Below are positions 20,064 to 28,889 of a stretch of DNA of 64,000 nt, in pieces; the first letter of the stretch is position 1, and each line of letters begins with the position of its first letter. The stretch lies in the NCBI GenBank assembly GCA_046350895.1, contig JAXLZL010000004.1, positions 8,056-72,055 of the forward strand, in the 5' to 3' direction. Made by a program: the position numbers and the translations under genes. The notes below the pieces were generated by a model. The model was not told where the DNA came from and made no database searches. It was given only the letters and a program-made list of their open reading frames with translations. This DNA is from Patescibacteria group bacterium. Its GTDB lineage: Bacteria > Patescibacteriota > Patescibacteriia > 2-12-FULL-60-25.

Positions 20064-21119
20064 TTACGATTTATCCAACAAACCGATGACGATGCCGAGA
20101 CCGGCGACCACGAACGAGACCATCCAGGCGCGCATCACGACGCGGGGCTCACTCCAGCCAATGGCTTCAAAGTGATGGTGGATCGGAGCGACCTTGAAAA
20201 CCTTTTTGCCATTGCGGAGTTTTTTGCTCGTAAGCTGGATGATGACGGACAAGCTCTCGACGACATAAGGCAAACCGATGACCAGCAATAACAGGGGTTG
20301 GTTGGTAAGCAGGGCGATGACTCCGAGCGTGGTACCCAATGACATTGCGCCTGTATCCCCCATAAACACGTCGGCTGGATTGATATTGTACCAAAGAAAA
20401 CCAAGTAACGCGCCACAGATCGCACCGCACAGGGTTGCAAGGTCATATCTGCCCTGGGACCAAGCGATGATCGAAAAGGCGGCAAAGGACGAGAGCAGGA
20501 TGCCACCTGCCAAGCCGTCCAAACCGTCGGTCACGTTCACCGAATGCGATGTTGAGATGATCACAAGAATGAAGAACGGCACATACCACCAACCGATCTG
20601 AAACGTACCGAGAAAAGGGATGTGAAAATAGTCCCAACCAAGCTTTAAGAAAAACCACAAGGCACCGATAACGGCAATCAGGCCATATGAGAGAATGCGT
20701 TCACGTTCACGCAAGCCGCCGCCCTTTGAACCGATGCGCAAGATATTGAGATAGTCATCAACCAAACCGATTAAAGCCGCTCCCAACATCAAACCAAGCG
20801 GCAACCAGGTTTGTCCACGCGAAAGAAAATCCGCGCGGCAAGCCAACGAACCTTCGCCGAATAACGCACAGGCGCCCGAGAGCCCGAGGACCAGCGCAAG
20901 AACCGTCCCCCAAATGACAATGCCACCCATGGTCGGCGTGCCGGATTTTGCCTGGTGCATCGAAGACATGATCGGCGCGGCCTCTGCGGCGCGGATGGAC
21001 TTGCCCATCTTGTATTTGCGCAAGACGCGAATCAATAACGGCATGGAGGCAACCGAGATCGCAAAAGCGGCGCCTGAGACGGCGAGGGTGCGGGCAATCA
21101 AGAATGGTTCGATGGACAT
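20064..21119 (-). CDS. mraY: Phospho-N-acetylmuramoyl-pentapeptide transferase
   Basis: 351 aa polytopic protein with MraY blocks (PTMGG, VDDYLN, NVTDGLDGLA, MGDTGAMSLG, PIHHHFE). Confidence 0.92.
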   Translation of the reverse strand: MSIEPFLIARTLAVSGAAFAISVASMPLLIRVLRKYKMGKSIRAAEAAPIMSSMHQAKSGTPTMGGIVIWGTVLALVLGLSGACALFGEGSLACRADFLSRGQTWLPLGLMLGAALIGLVDDYLNILRIGSKGGGLRERERILSYGLIAVIGALWFFLKLGWDYFHIPFLGTFQIGWWYVPFFILVIISTSHSVNVTDGLDGLAGGILLSSFAAFSIIAWSQGRYDLATLCGAICGALLGFLWYNINPADVFMGDTGAMSLGTTLGVIALLTNQPLLLLVIGLPYVVESLSVIIQLTSKKLRNGKKVFKVAPIHHHFEAIGWSEPRVVMRAWMVSFVVAGLGIVIGLLDKS

Positions 21120-21122
21120 AGG

Positions 21123-21500
21123 TTAGACGTTTAAAACCGAGAGGTAGAAAAAGAAACTCATCCAGGGCAGAGCCCAGGCTAGGGCTAAGGCAGCACAAGC
21201 GTTTGCCATCACGGCATCCGAGCGGTACACGCCCAAGGCAACCAAACAATCGATAACCGTGAACACAAGCCAGAGTCCAGGCAAGAAAAAGACCCATGGC
21301 CAGTCCTTCACTTCATCGATGCCAAAATAGACATTGTAGTGAAAAGCAAAAGCATGGTTGCGGGTAGCGTCAGGCAAAATGCCAGCGACAAAAATCGTGC
21401 TTGCTATAAGGCATAACGCGATCGACAGAATGGTAGACCAGCGCAAAAAGGGCCTTCCCCACGCGAGCTTTGCGGACAACAACCAGGCGCTCCAATTCAT
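21123..21500 (-). CDS. Hypothetical membrane protein (125 aa)
   Basis: ORF track; 3-4 hydrophobic helices; tightly packed upstream of mraY. Confidence 0.5.
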   Translation of the reverse strand: MNWSAWLLSAKLAWGRPFLRWSTILSIALCLIASTIFVAGILPDATRNHAFAFHYNVYFGIDEVKDWPWVFFLPGLWLVFTVIDCLVALGVYRSDAVMANACAALALAWALPWMSFFFYLSVLNV

Positions 21501-21509
21501 GCCACCATG

Positions 21510-21833
21510 CTACGCGCCGCACGAGGTTTTTTCAATGGATTCTTGTGGAGCTGCCAAGACCACTTCGCGGACTTCTGGCAACATCTCGAACAAGACCTCT
21601 TCGACACCGGCTTTGAAGGTAAATTCTGACATCGGGCAGCCGACGCAGTTGCCCTGAAAACGCACTTCGACCCTCCCGGTGACAGGGTCGGCGTCTACCA
21701 ACTCAACGCTGCCATTATGAAAAGCCAGGCCCTGGCGGACGACCTCAAGGACGCCTTCAACCTCTTCTTTGAACTGTTCTTGGCTTTTTGTCATAGTTTT
21801 AGCCAATTTTACCCATTTTCGCATTCTTGACAA
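21510..21833 (-). CDS. NifU-like (Nfu-type) Fe-S cluster domain protein
   Basis: HNGSVELVD...GNCVGCPMS motif; start may be the internal MTKSQEQ (21794). Confidence 0.75.
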   Translation of the reverse strand: MSRMRKWVKLAKTMTKSQEQFKEEVEGVLEVVRQGLAFHNGSVELVDADPVTGRVEVRFQGNCVGCPMSEFTFKAGVEEVLFEMLPEVREVVLAAPQESIEKTSCGA

Positions 21834-21855
21834 GTTAAGGGGATACGGGTATTCT
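21827..21855 (+). promoter_or_regulatory. rpmA promoter
   Basis: TTGACA(21827-21832)-17 nt-TATTCT(21850-21855); ~30-nt leader without obvious SD. Confidence 0.55.
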
Positions 21856-21889
21856 ACTGCCCATCATCATTAATTATTAGCACCCTTTT

Positions 21890-22243
21890 ATGGCAACAAA
21901 AAAGGCCGGTGGTTCTACTCAAAACCTGCGAGACTCTCAAGGTCAGCGTCTCGGCGTCAAGCGCTATGCAGGTGAATACGTAAAAGCCGGCAACATCATC
22001 GTCCGCCAACGCGGTACGGCTATCCGCCCGGGTCTCAATGTCATGAAAGGCAGTGACGACACGCTCTTCGCGGTAGCACCAGGCATCGTTTCGTTCACGG
22101 ACAAGCGCATTCGCCGCTTTACCGGCCACTTCAAACTGGCAAAGTTCGCAAACGTGACCCCTACTGAAGCAGCTCCAAAGGCTCCAGCAGAAAAGAAAGC
22201 CGCCCCTAAAAAGGCCGCTCGCAAAACCACCAAAAAAGCATAA
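21890..22243 (+). CDS. rpmA: Ribosomal protein L27 with a Lys/Ala/Pro-rich C-terminal tail
   Basis: [28 protein letters not shown].. core; extra tail [28 protein letters not shown] (117 aa total). Confidence 0.92.
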   Translation: MATKKAGGSTQNLRDSQGQRLGVKRYAGEYVKAGNIIVRQRGTAIRPGLNVMKGSDDTLFAVAPGIVSFTDKRIRRFTGHFKLAKFANVTPTEAAPKAPAEKKAAPKKAARKTTKKA

Positions 22244-22260
22244 TTGCTTCGCGGTATGAG

Positions 22261-22285
22261 AAAAGCACCCAGTCGGGTGCTTTTT
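22261..22285. terminator. Bidirectional intrinsic terminator
   Basis: AAAAGCACCC-AGTC-GGGTGCTTTT between convergent rpmA and Nudix gene. Confidence 0.75.
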
Positions 22286-22303
22286 CAGTAGTAACAGAGA
22301 ATC

Positions 22304-22858
22304 TCAGTAGCGAAGGGCCTCATCGAGGGTGAAGTATTCACGCAGCACTTCGTTCTGACTGCCAAGAAACAGCTTGCTTTTCTCCACATCGTCGATATGC
22401 AGCTCGACGCATTTTCGGTCCATGACCGTCAGTCGCCCTTCGTTATAGCCCGCCGCCTCTAGGCTCGTGAACCAATCCATGTACCGATCCTGGTTCGCCA
22501 GAGCCAAGAACGTATAGAGACGGTATCGGTAGGGCTGATGAGTGCCTCCGCTCGACCATGGCGTGAAGATCTTGGGCCGCTGTCGCGGACCGATGCTCGT
22601 GAGTACGGCGTCAGCTACGCGATGATCTCGCCACTCTTCATACAATTCACGGCGCAGCGCTTCGAACGGATTACCACGGTCTTGCGGCTCCATGCGGCCA
22701 CCCCAGAGCTGGTACTTGCCCCGACAACGCGGGTCAGGATGCTCGTCACCGTTCAGCTGGAACATGAAGGCTCCGAGCTTGGGGCAGGTGATGATGACAC
22801 CGACACTCTCGTGGTCGATGATGGCTTCCTGTTCGCTAACGATATCGATCCCAGTCAT
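22304..22858 (-). CDS. Nudix-family hydrolase (184 aa)
   Basis: Nudix box GGRMEPQDRGNPFEALRRELYEEW; GGAGGGG SD before ATG. Confidence 0.75.
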   Translation of the reverse strand: MTGIDIVSEQEAIIDHESVGVIITCPKLGAFMFQLNGDEHPDPRCRGKYQLWGGRMEPQDRGNPFEALRRELYEEWRDHRVADAVLTSIGPRQRPKIFTPWSSGGTHQPYRYRLYTFLALANQDRYMDWFTSLEAAGYNEGRLTVMDRKCVELHIDDVEKSKLFLGSQNEVLREYFTLDEALRY

Positions 22859-22908
22859 GCATCCCCTCCATAGGGTACACCCTTTTTGTCATAAAAAAGG
22901 GAGCTCCG

Positions 22909-22937
22909 ATCATAGCGAAGCTCCCCTCTTCTGTCAA
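22909..22937 (-). promoter_or_regulatory. Consensus promoter nested in the uppS terminator hairpin
   Basis: Minus strand TTGACA(22937-22932)-17 nt-TATGAT(22914-22909). It lies inside hairpin GGGAGCT..AGCTCCC, which is followed by TTTTTT. Confidence 0.5.
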
Positions 22938-22944
22938 TAATCCG

Positions 22945-23631
22945 TTATTTGCCAAAGCGACGAGAACGTTCGTGAAAGTCGGCAAATGCCGCATCAATGT
23001 CACGCTCTTCAAGATCCGGCCAAAACTTTTTGAGCCACATGAGTTCGCTATAAGCAGCCTGCCATAACAAGAATCCGCTTAATCTCTCTTCGCCCGACGT
23101 GCGGATAATCAGGTCGGGGTTTGGCATATGAGACCAATACAAATGGGCAGCGACCGTGTCTTCAGTGATGTCTTCTTCTTTGGTGCCGGTTTTCACGATG
23201 GCTTTGACGGCATCTGTGATCTCTTGGCGGCCGCCATAGTTCAAACAAATACAGAAGGTGAAATCTTGAAAATGCTCCGTTTGTTTTTCTGCATTGTCGA
23301 TGAGGTCGAGGATCTTTTTTGAAAATCCCTCACGGCGCCCCAAGATGCGCAAACGGATTTGGCGCGTGAGAAAGTATTCGATTTCTTTTTCAAGCGCGGT
23401 CTCGAGCAAAAGCATCAAAAAATTCACTTCGGTCTCGCTGCGCTTCCAGTTCTCGGTAGAAAAAGCATACACCGTGAGCACTTTTACGCCTCGATCGATG
23501 CACCAATCACCCACTTTTTTCATGGTTTCATAGCCGGCTTTATGGCCGTCGATGGTCGAGAGTCCGCGCTCTTTTGCCCAGCGGCGGTTTCCGTCCATAA
23601 TCATGGCGACGTGGTGGGGTCCCTGGGTCAT
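22945..23631 (-). CDS. uppS: Undecaprenyl-diphosphate synthase (cis-prenyltransferase)
   Basis: Start taken at MTQGPHHVAMIMDGNRRWA (ATG 23631); cis-IPPS blocks incl. FSTENWKR and IRTSGEERLSGFLLWQ. Confidence 0.9.
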   Translation of the reverse strand: MTQGPHHVAMIMDGNRRWAKERGLSTIDGHKAGYETMKKVGDWCIDRGVKVLTVYAFSTENWKRSETEVNFLMLLLETALEKEIEYFLTRQIRLRILGRREGFSKKILDLIDNAEKQTEHFQDFTFCICLNYGGRQEITDAVKAIVKTGTKEEDITEDTVAAHLYWSHMPNPDLIIRTSGEERLSGFLLWQAAYSELMWLKKFWPDLEERDIDAAFADFHERSRRFGK

Positions 23632-23713
23632 ACAGTGGGCTTGAGGATAGCGGGTTTTGCCTCCCTTGTCCAAACCCTCGACTTTACCCGGGGCAAGCCC
23701 TATCCTATCGCCC

Positions 23714-24760
23714 ATGCCTATTATTGACGGTAAAACGCTCGCGACCCGCCTCGAACAACAAACCAAAACACGCTTGCAAGAAGCCCAGCTCAGCCCTACC
23801 CTGGCCATTTTGCAAGTGGGCGAAGACGCGGCTTCAAGCATCTATATCCAGAAAAAAATGGAAGCCGCCGAGCGCATCGGCGCCAAAGCCATTCTTGAAC
23901 GCGTGGGCGCGGACTCGACCGACACCGAACTCATGGCCGTCATTCAAAAATGGAATGCGAATCCGATCGTGAACGGAATTTTAGTGCAGCTCCCCCTCAA
24001 AGGCGCGCACGACACCGATGCCGTGCTGGCCACCATTAACCCGATGAAAGACGTGGACGCCTTTCATCCGGACAATGCCAAAAAACTCACAGAAGGCGCA
24101 CCGCTGGTGATCTCACCGGTTCATGAGGCGACCCTCAGACTCATCAGCGAGACGCCGGTAAAACTCGCAGGCGCCATTGTCGTGTTGATCACAAATTCAG
24201 ATACGTTCGCGAATCCCCTTGCTCAATTACTCAAAACTGCCGGTGCCATCGTTTCATCCTATCGTGCCGACGAGCTCGACAGCTTCAAACTCAAAGAAGC
24301 CGACATCGTTATCATCGCGATTGGCCGCGCCCAATTCTTTCATCCTTCGCTCACGAGCGAGAAAGCCGTCATCATCGACATCGGTATCAACAAAGAAAAC
24401 GGCAAAACCGTTGGCGATGCCGACACGCAAGCTTTTTTGGATGCCGGACACTGGATCACGCCTGTGCCGGGTGGCGTTGGTCCCGTAACGGTTGCCACGG
24501 CGCTCAACAACCTCGTGACGCTGGCGATCGCTCAAAAACACCTTGTAAACGGTAAAGACGGCAAAGGCGAGATAAACGAATGCCAAAGCCCATATGCTGC
24601 CTTAACCAAGGTGGCTTTTTGTGACGGTGCGGTTTTTCTGGCGACGGCAAAGGCACAAATCATCGCCGCATTGATGCCGATAAACACTGAACCGATGAAT
24701 GCAATGACTTTGACGAATTCACGCGAAACAAAAACCAACAAAATGATCGGCAAGCAATAG
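23714..24760 (+). CDS. folD: Bifunctional methylene-THF dehydrogenase/cyclohydrolase. The tail beyond ~24550 is probably a read-through artefact.
   Basis: MPIIDGKTLA.. start (TATCCT-7 nt-ATG); FolD blocks (QVGEDAASSIY, ILVQLPL, PVPGGVGPVTVA). The homologous part ends near LAIAQK (~24545); both alternate frames have stops there. The remaining 70 aa overlap the convergent permease. Confidence 0.85.
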   Translation: MPIIDGKTLATRLEQQTKTRLQEAQLSPTLAILQVGEDAASSIYIQKKMEAAERIGAKAILERVGADSTDTELMAVIQKWNANPIVNGILVQLPLKGAHDTDAVLATINPMKDVDAFHPDNAKKLTEGAPLVISPVHEATLRLISETPVKLAGAIVVLITNSDTFANPLAQLLKTAGAIVSSYRADELDSFKLKEADIVIIAIGRAQFFHPSLTSEKAVIIDIGINKENGKTVGDADTQAFLDAGHWITPVPGGVGPVTVATALNNLVTLAIAQKHLVNGKDGKGEINECQSPYAALTKVAFCDGAVFLATAKAQIIAALMPINTEPMNAMTLTNSRETKTNKMIGKQ

Positions 24761-25656
24761 GCGAGCACGGCCGCCAATGTTTTTGTCCAGCCAAAGTCCA
24801 AAGCAAAAACCGATTTTAATTCGGCAGAAGCGGTAATGTATGAAGAAGAGATGCCCGTCAAACCAAGCACCGGCAAAAGCCAAAAGAACGCCATCGGCAC
24901 ATAGGAGTTGAATTCGATAACGCGTTCACCGATCGCGCCATGCGATGCGAGATAAAAAGCCACGCCAAAGATCCACGAGAGGCCGGCTGAAACCATGGTG
25001 CTGACGATGATGGCCGAATACGCCTCTTTGCGTGACCTGCCAACCATTTGGACGGCTTCACCGATGCCCGAAAAACCCGAAACGGCAAACAAGAAAATGC
25101 CCATGGCCACGGCCCAGCCCGAACGCGTGGCGCCCGTGACGTCAAATGTGATGGCCGGCCATTGCAAAGCGCTTAACATCAAAAGAGCCGTGACCATGGC
25201 TGCCGTGATATAGGTTTCAGCACGCGCGACGGCGCTATTGCCCGAGATAGAGATCGCCGCAAACAAAAACCAAAACAACACGATTGCCGACAATTCAGGG
25301 ATGCTCACTGAAAAAATTTGCAAACACGCCGCCAAAAAACCGCCGCCGAGCAAAATATAAGCGTAGTTCGTCGACAGCAAATGCAAAGGGTAAGTTACTG
25401 CCGGGATCATCTTGGCATTCTTGCCAAAATATTTGCCGACAAAATACCCCAGGCGATGCTTATCACCTGTCTCGAGCAACTCTCGAGTCAAGCTGAGATG
25501 CGTGGCCAGTGCGCCAAAGGCCAGAATCCAAAACAAAACGGTACCCCACCACAACCCGACATAAGAAAACGCGGCCGGCAAAGCAAAAAGACCAGCGCCC
25601 ATGATGGTACCCATCATAGAGAACGTGGCCTTTAACCAAGAATGTGCGAGCTTCAT
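24532..25656 (-). CDS. Amino-acid permease-like polytopic membrane protein (374 aa)
   Basis: About 11 hydrophobic helices; N-terminal FSMMGTIMGAGLFALP resembles the amino-acid/aromatic permease family. The 3' end overlaps the folD tail. Confidence 0.6.
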   Translation of the reverse strand: MKLAHSWLKATFSMMGTIMGAGLFALPAAFSYVGLWWGTVLFWILAFGALATHLSLTRELLETGDKHRLGYFVGKYFGKNAKMIPAVTYPLHLLSTNYAYILLGGGFLAACLQIFSVSIPELSAIVLFWFLFAAISISGNSAVARAETYITAAMVTALLMLSALQWPAITFDVTGATRSGWAVAMGIFLFAVSGFSGIGEAVQMVGRSRKEAYSAIIVSTMVSAGLSWIFGVAFYLASHGAIGERVIEFNSYVPMAFFWLLPVLGLTGISSSYITASAELKSVFALDFGWTKTLAAVLAYCLPIILLVFVSREFVKVIAFIGSVFIGINAAMICAFAVARKTAPSQKATLVKAAYGLWHSFISPLPSLPFTRCF

Positions 25657-25695
25657 GGCGAGAAGTATACCATGGCCAACCTTACCGAGAATGCT

Positions 25696-26221
25696 TCACG
25701 CGAGCTGAATGACGGGAAAGCAGATCCCACGAGACCAACCGCTACCGTGCCAGCTCAAATCCAAGAACAAACCGTTCCTGTCCCAGAGCAAGGGTGAATG
25801 CGGATACTCGAGATGAATCCCGTACTGGGTGCCGAGCGCAATGAGCGTCGACTCGCGTACGATGTCGCGATGCTGCCGACAAACCAACAACATCTCACTC
25901 AACATCACCGGCGTCCAACCGTTCGCCATTTGGCGAAAGAGCTTCGTCCGTAGAGATCAGGGATTGCGGATAGTACAGCCGAAGAGGACAACCCTCGTTC
26001 GGGACGCGCGGCAGCCGGCTATGGGCCTGGTACTGCTTGGCTAGCATCACCTCATTGCGCCTATCGAGGCGCGTGATGAACTCCGCGTCCAGGGACTCAT
26101 AGTCGAGGGCCAGGGTGGGATCCGGCAAAATCCGCAAACCATCTTTGAACGTCATCGTCACAGGCATTCTCCAGTTGAAAGTTCGTGATACCTTCTTACC
26201 GAGATCCGCCCATATCGTCAA
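25696..26221 (-). pseudogene. Hypothetical protein split near 25895-25929; paralog of the C-terminal region of 11286..12236
   Basis: ORFs 25895..26221 and 25696..25929 overlap in different frames; the joined sequence reads ..STDEAL/FRQMANGWTPVMLSEMLL... Confidence 0.5.
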
Positions 26222-26294
26222 AGATCAAGATCAAAAAACCAAACTCCTCTTGCGTCGTAAAACGTTAATACTAAAGTAGCGAGGGGGAGTATAG

Positions 26295-26303
26295 TTATCC
26301 ACA
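26295..26303 (+). promoter_or_regulatory. Perfect DnaA-box 9-mer upstream of dnaB
   Basis: TTATCCACA read directly at 26295-26303; single copy seen in this intergenic region. Confidence 0.4.
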
Positions 26304-26381
26304 GTCGTCGCCCAGCTTCTCCCCTATTTGGATCCAAAACGCATTGCCAGCACCCTGCACCACCCCTAAGATCGTCACCAT

Positions 26382-27836
26382 ATGAGCATGGAAAAACTGA
26401 CTCCCCACAATATCGAAGCGGAACAGTCATTTTTAGGCTCTCTCCTTCTCGACAAGGACGCTATGGTCAAAGTTGCTGACCAGCTCACTCCAGAAGATTT
26501 CTATCTCGACAAACACCGCCGCGTCTATGAAGCGATGCTCGATTTGTATCGACGTTCGATGCCGATCGATCTTTTGTCTTTGGGTAGCCGCCTCACCGAC
26601 AAAGGAGAGCTCGAAGGCATCGGCGGCCGTGCCGAGCTCATGAGTCTTGCGAATGCCACGCCAACGGCAGCGCACGTCGTTCACTACGCCGAAATCATCC
26701 AAAAGAAATCGACGCTGCGCCGTTTGCTCGTTGCCGCACAAGAAATCACCGCCCTCGGTTATGAACAAGCTGAAGACGTCGAAGTCTTGCTCGACAGTGC
26801 CGAGAGCAAGCTGTTTAACGTCTCGCAAAAGTTTTTAAAACGTTCGTTCACCATCATTCGCGATGTGCTGACCGACGCGTTTGACCGTATCGATGAATTG
26901 CACCGTGAAAAAGGCAAACTGCGCGGCGTCCCTTCAGGCTATACCGATCTCGATAACATTCTTGGCGGTTTGCAAAAAAGCGATCTTATCATTCTCGCCG
27001 CACGCCCTGCTTGTGGTAAAACCTCGTTCGCCCTCGATCTCGCCCGCCATGCTGCCGTAAAACACAAAGTCCCTGTTGGCGTCTTTTCGCTCGAAATGTC
27101 GAAAGAGCAACTTGTTGACCGTATGCTTTGCTCTGAGGCGAATGTTGATTTGTGGCGCATGCGCACCGGCCGCCTTCAAGAAGGCGGTGAACACGACGAG
27201 TTCTCTCGCATCGGCCACGCTCTCGGCATTTTGTCTGAAGCGCCGATCTATATCGATGACTCCGCCTCGGCAAATATCATGGAGATCCGCACCAAATGCC
27301 GTCGCCTTCAAATGGAGCATGGCCTTGGCATGGTCGTTATCGACTACTTGCAGCTCATGGAATCCCGCAGCAAAGCCTCGGACAACCGCGTGAATGAAGT
27401 TGCTGAAATTACCCGTGGCCTTAAATCGCTTGCCCGTGAATTAAATGTTCCGGTGATCGCGCTCTCGCAGCTCTCGCGTTCGGTTGAATTGCAGAAGCCT
27501 GCCATCCCCCGCCTCGCCCACCTTCGTGAATCGGGTTCGATTGAGCAGGATGCCGATATCGTGCTCTTTATCTACCGCAAAGCCGCTGATAAAAACTACC
27601 GCCCAGAAGAGCTCTCGCCTGAAGAGCTCAATACCGCCGAAATTCACATCGCCAAACATCGTAATGGCCCTACCGGCGTGGTAAAGCTCTACTTCGACGC
27701 CGCGCGTGCCAGCTTTAAAAACATCGCTAAAGACCAATTCATGGGCGGGGCTCCGCAAGGCGGCTCATCTGGTCCATCCGATGCGAATCCGCACCAACCG
27801 TCGAATCCAATGGTCGGCTCTGGCGTTCCGTTCTAA
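26382..27836 (+). CDS. dnaB: Replicative DNA helicase
   Basis: 484 aa; N-terminal DnaB domain (PHNIEAEQSFLGSLL), Walker A ARPACGKTSF, RecA-like C-terminal domain. Confidence 0.95.
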   Translation: MSMEKLTPHNIEAEQSFLGSLLLDKDAMVKVADQLTPEDFYLDKHRRVYEAMLDLYRRSMPIDLLSLGSRLTDKGELEGIGGRAELMSLANATPTAAHVVHYAEIIQKKSTLRRLLVAAQEITALGYEQAEDVEVLLDSAESKLFNVSQKFLKRSFTIIRDVLTDAFDRIDELHREKGKLRGVPSGYTDLDNILGGLQKSDLIILAARPACGKTSFALDLARHAAVKHKVPVGVFSLEMSKEQLVDRMLCSEANVDLWRMRTGRLQEGGEHDEFSRIGHALGILSEAPIYIDDSASANIMEIRTKCRRLQMEHGLGMVVIDYLQLMESRSKASDNRVNEVAEITRGLKSLARELNVPVIALSQLSRSVELQKPAIPRLAHLRESGSIEQDADIVLFIYRKAADKNYRPEELSPEELNTAEIHIAKHRNGPTGVVKLYFDAARASFKNIAKDQFMGGAPQGGSSGPSDANPHQPSNPMVGSGVPF

Positions 27837-27857
27837 AACCCTTTACCCTACAACCCT

Positions 27858-28172
27858 ATGTTCAACAAATTGAAACAAATCAACGACCTTCGTTCTAAGG
27901 CGAAAACCCTTCAGGACGCGCTTAGCAAAGAATTCGTTACCGGTACTTCGGGCTGGGGCGACAAGGTAAAGATCACCATCAACGGCACCCAAGAAGTCAC
28001 CTCGGTGGAAATCGACCCTTCGGCCATGGAAGATCGCGAGAAACTCCAGAACTACGTGAAGGACGCCGCGAACGATGCGATGAAGAACCTCCAGAAGACC
28101 ATGGCTACCAAGCTCAAAGACATGGGCGGTATGGATCTCGCCAATGAACTTGGCGACCTCATGAAACAATAA
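27858..28172 (+). CDS. ybaB: Nucleoid-associated protein YbaB/EbfC family
   Basis: 104 aa; typical family length and pattern; classic ybaB-recR pairing. Confidence 0.85.
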   Translation: MFNKLKQINDLRSKAKTLQDALSKEFVTGTSGWGDKVKITINGTQEVTSVEIDPSAMEDREKLQNYVKDAANDAMKNLQKTMATKLKDMGGMDLANELGDLMKQ

Positions 28173-28175
28173 TCA

Positions 28176-28778
28176 ATGTCACTTCCTGAGCCATTACGGC
28201 AGGCCGCAGCCGCCTTCGACAGCCTCCCCGGCGTTGGTCCGAGGGCGGCTTTGCGTTATGCCTATTGGCTCGTAAACCAGCCGAAGAATGTCGTTGATCA
28301 ATTCTCTCGTGCGCTAACCCAGCTCGCTGAACGCATGCATCTCTGTGATACCTGTGGGATGTGGTCCGAATCCTCCCCTTGCAGCATTTGCTCGGATTCT
28401 CGCCGCAACCAAGACATCCTCTGCGTCATCGCCACGAGTCCCGACATTCGCGTCATCGAAGACGCCGGTATCTTTAAAGGACGTTATCTCGTCCTTGGCG
28501 GCACCATCGACCCGATCGAAGGCCGCACGCCGGAGACGCTTAATATCGCCAAACTCATCAACCGTCTCAGCCACGCGGATTCGCCAATCAAAGAAGTCAT
28601 TCTTGCCCTCGATGCCAATATCCCAGGCGACGTGACGGCGATGTATTTGAAAAAACACTTAAGCAAGATGAACGTCCGTGTCACCCGCCTTGCTCGTGGC
28701 CTACCTACGGGCGCCGCACTTGAATATGCGGATGCGCATACGCTCAACGACGCTTTTCAGCACAGAAGTGAGTCGTAA
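28176..28778 (+). CDS. recR: Recombination protein RecR
   Basis: 200 aa; HhH N-terminus, Cys4 finger CDTCGMWSESSPCSIC, Toprim region. Confidence 0.92.
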   Translation: MSLPEPLRQAAAAFDSLPGVGPRAALRYAYWLVNQPKNVVDQFSRALTQLAERMHLCDTCGMWSESSPCSICSDSRRNQDILCVIATSPDIRVIEDAGIFKGRYLVLGGTIDPIEGRTPETLNIAKLINRLSHADSPIKEVILALDANIPGDVTAMYLKKHLSKMNVRVTRLARGLPTGAALEYADAHTLNDAFQHRSES

Positions 28779-28780
28779 CC

Positions 28781-28883
28781 TTCGCCTCCCCATCCTCCCT
28801 TTCCCTCCGCGGAGCGAAGGGTTACGGAGGTTACATCCGTCCCTCTTCGCTACGCGGAGAGGCAGGAGAGGTTTGAGAGGCGA
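28781..28883. repeat. ~100-nt imperfect palindrome filling the recR / Nudix convergent intergenic region
   Basis: The core arms are CTCCGCGGAGCGAAGGG (28805-28821) and CCCTCTTCGCTACGCGGAG (28841-28859), with one mismatch and one bulge. An apical hairpin ACGGA-GGTTACA-TCCGT sits between them. The outer polypyrimidine and polypurine arms begin TCGCCTC / GAGGCGA. There is no U-tract. Confidence 0.6.
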
Positions 28884-28889
28884 TTCTGC

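Noticed and set aside
20135-21297. Minus-strand and plus-strand ORFs overlapping mraY and the small membrane gene (e.g. 20758..21297, 179 aa).
   Set aside because: They are out-of-frame shadows with Arg/Cys/Gly-rich composition. mraY occupies the locus with clear family motifs.
24547-24760. A 70-aa C-terminal extension of FolD overlapping the convergent permease gene by about 230 nt.
   Set aside because: FolD homology stops near LAIAQK. Both alternate frames carry stops at 24546-24555, next to an A5 run, so this is probably another indel-induced read-through.
26218-26430. A 70-aa minus-strand ORF spanning the dnaB start region.
   Set aside because: It overlaps the dnaB start and promoter region, has no RBS or promoter geometry, and has odd composition.
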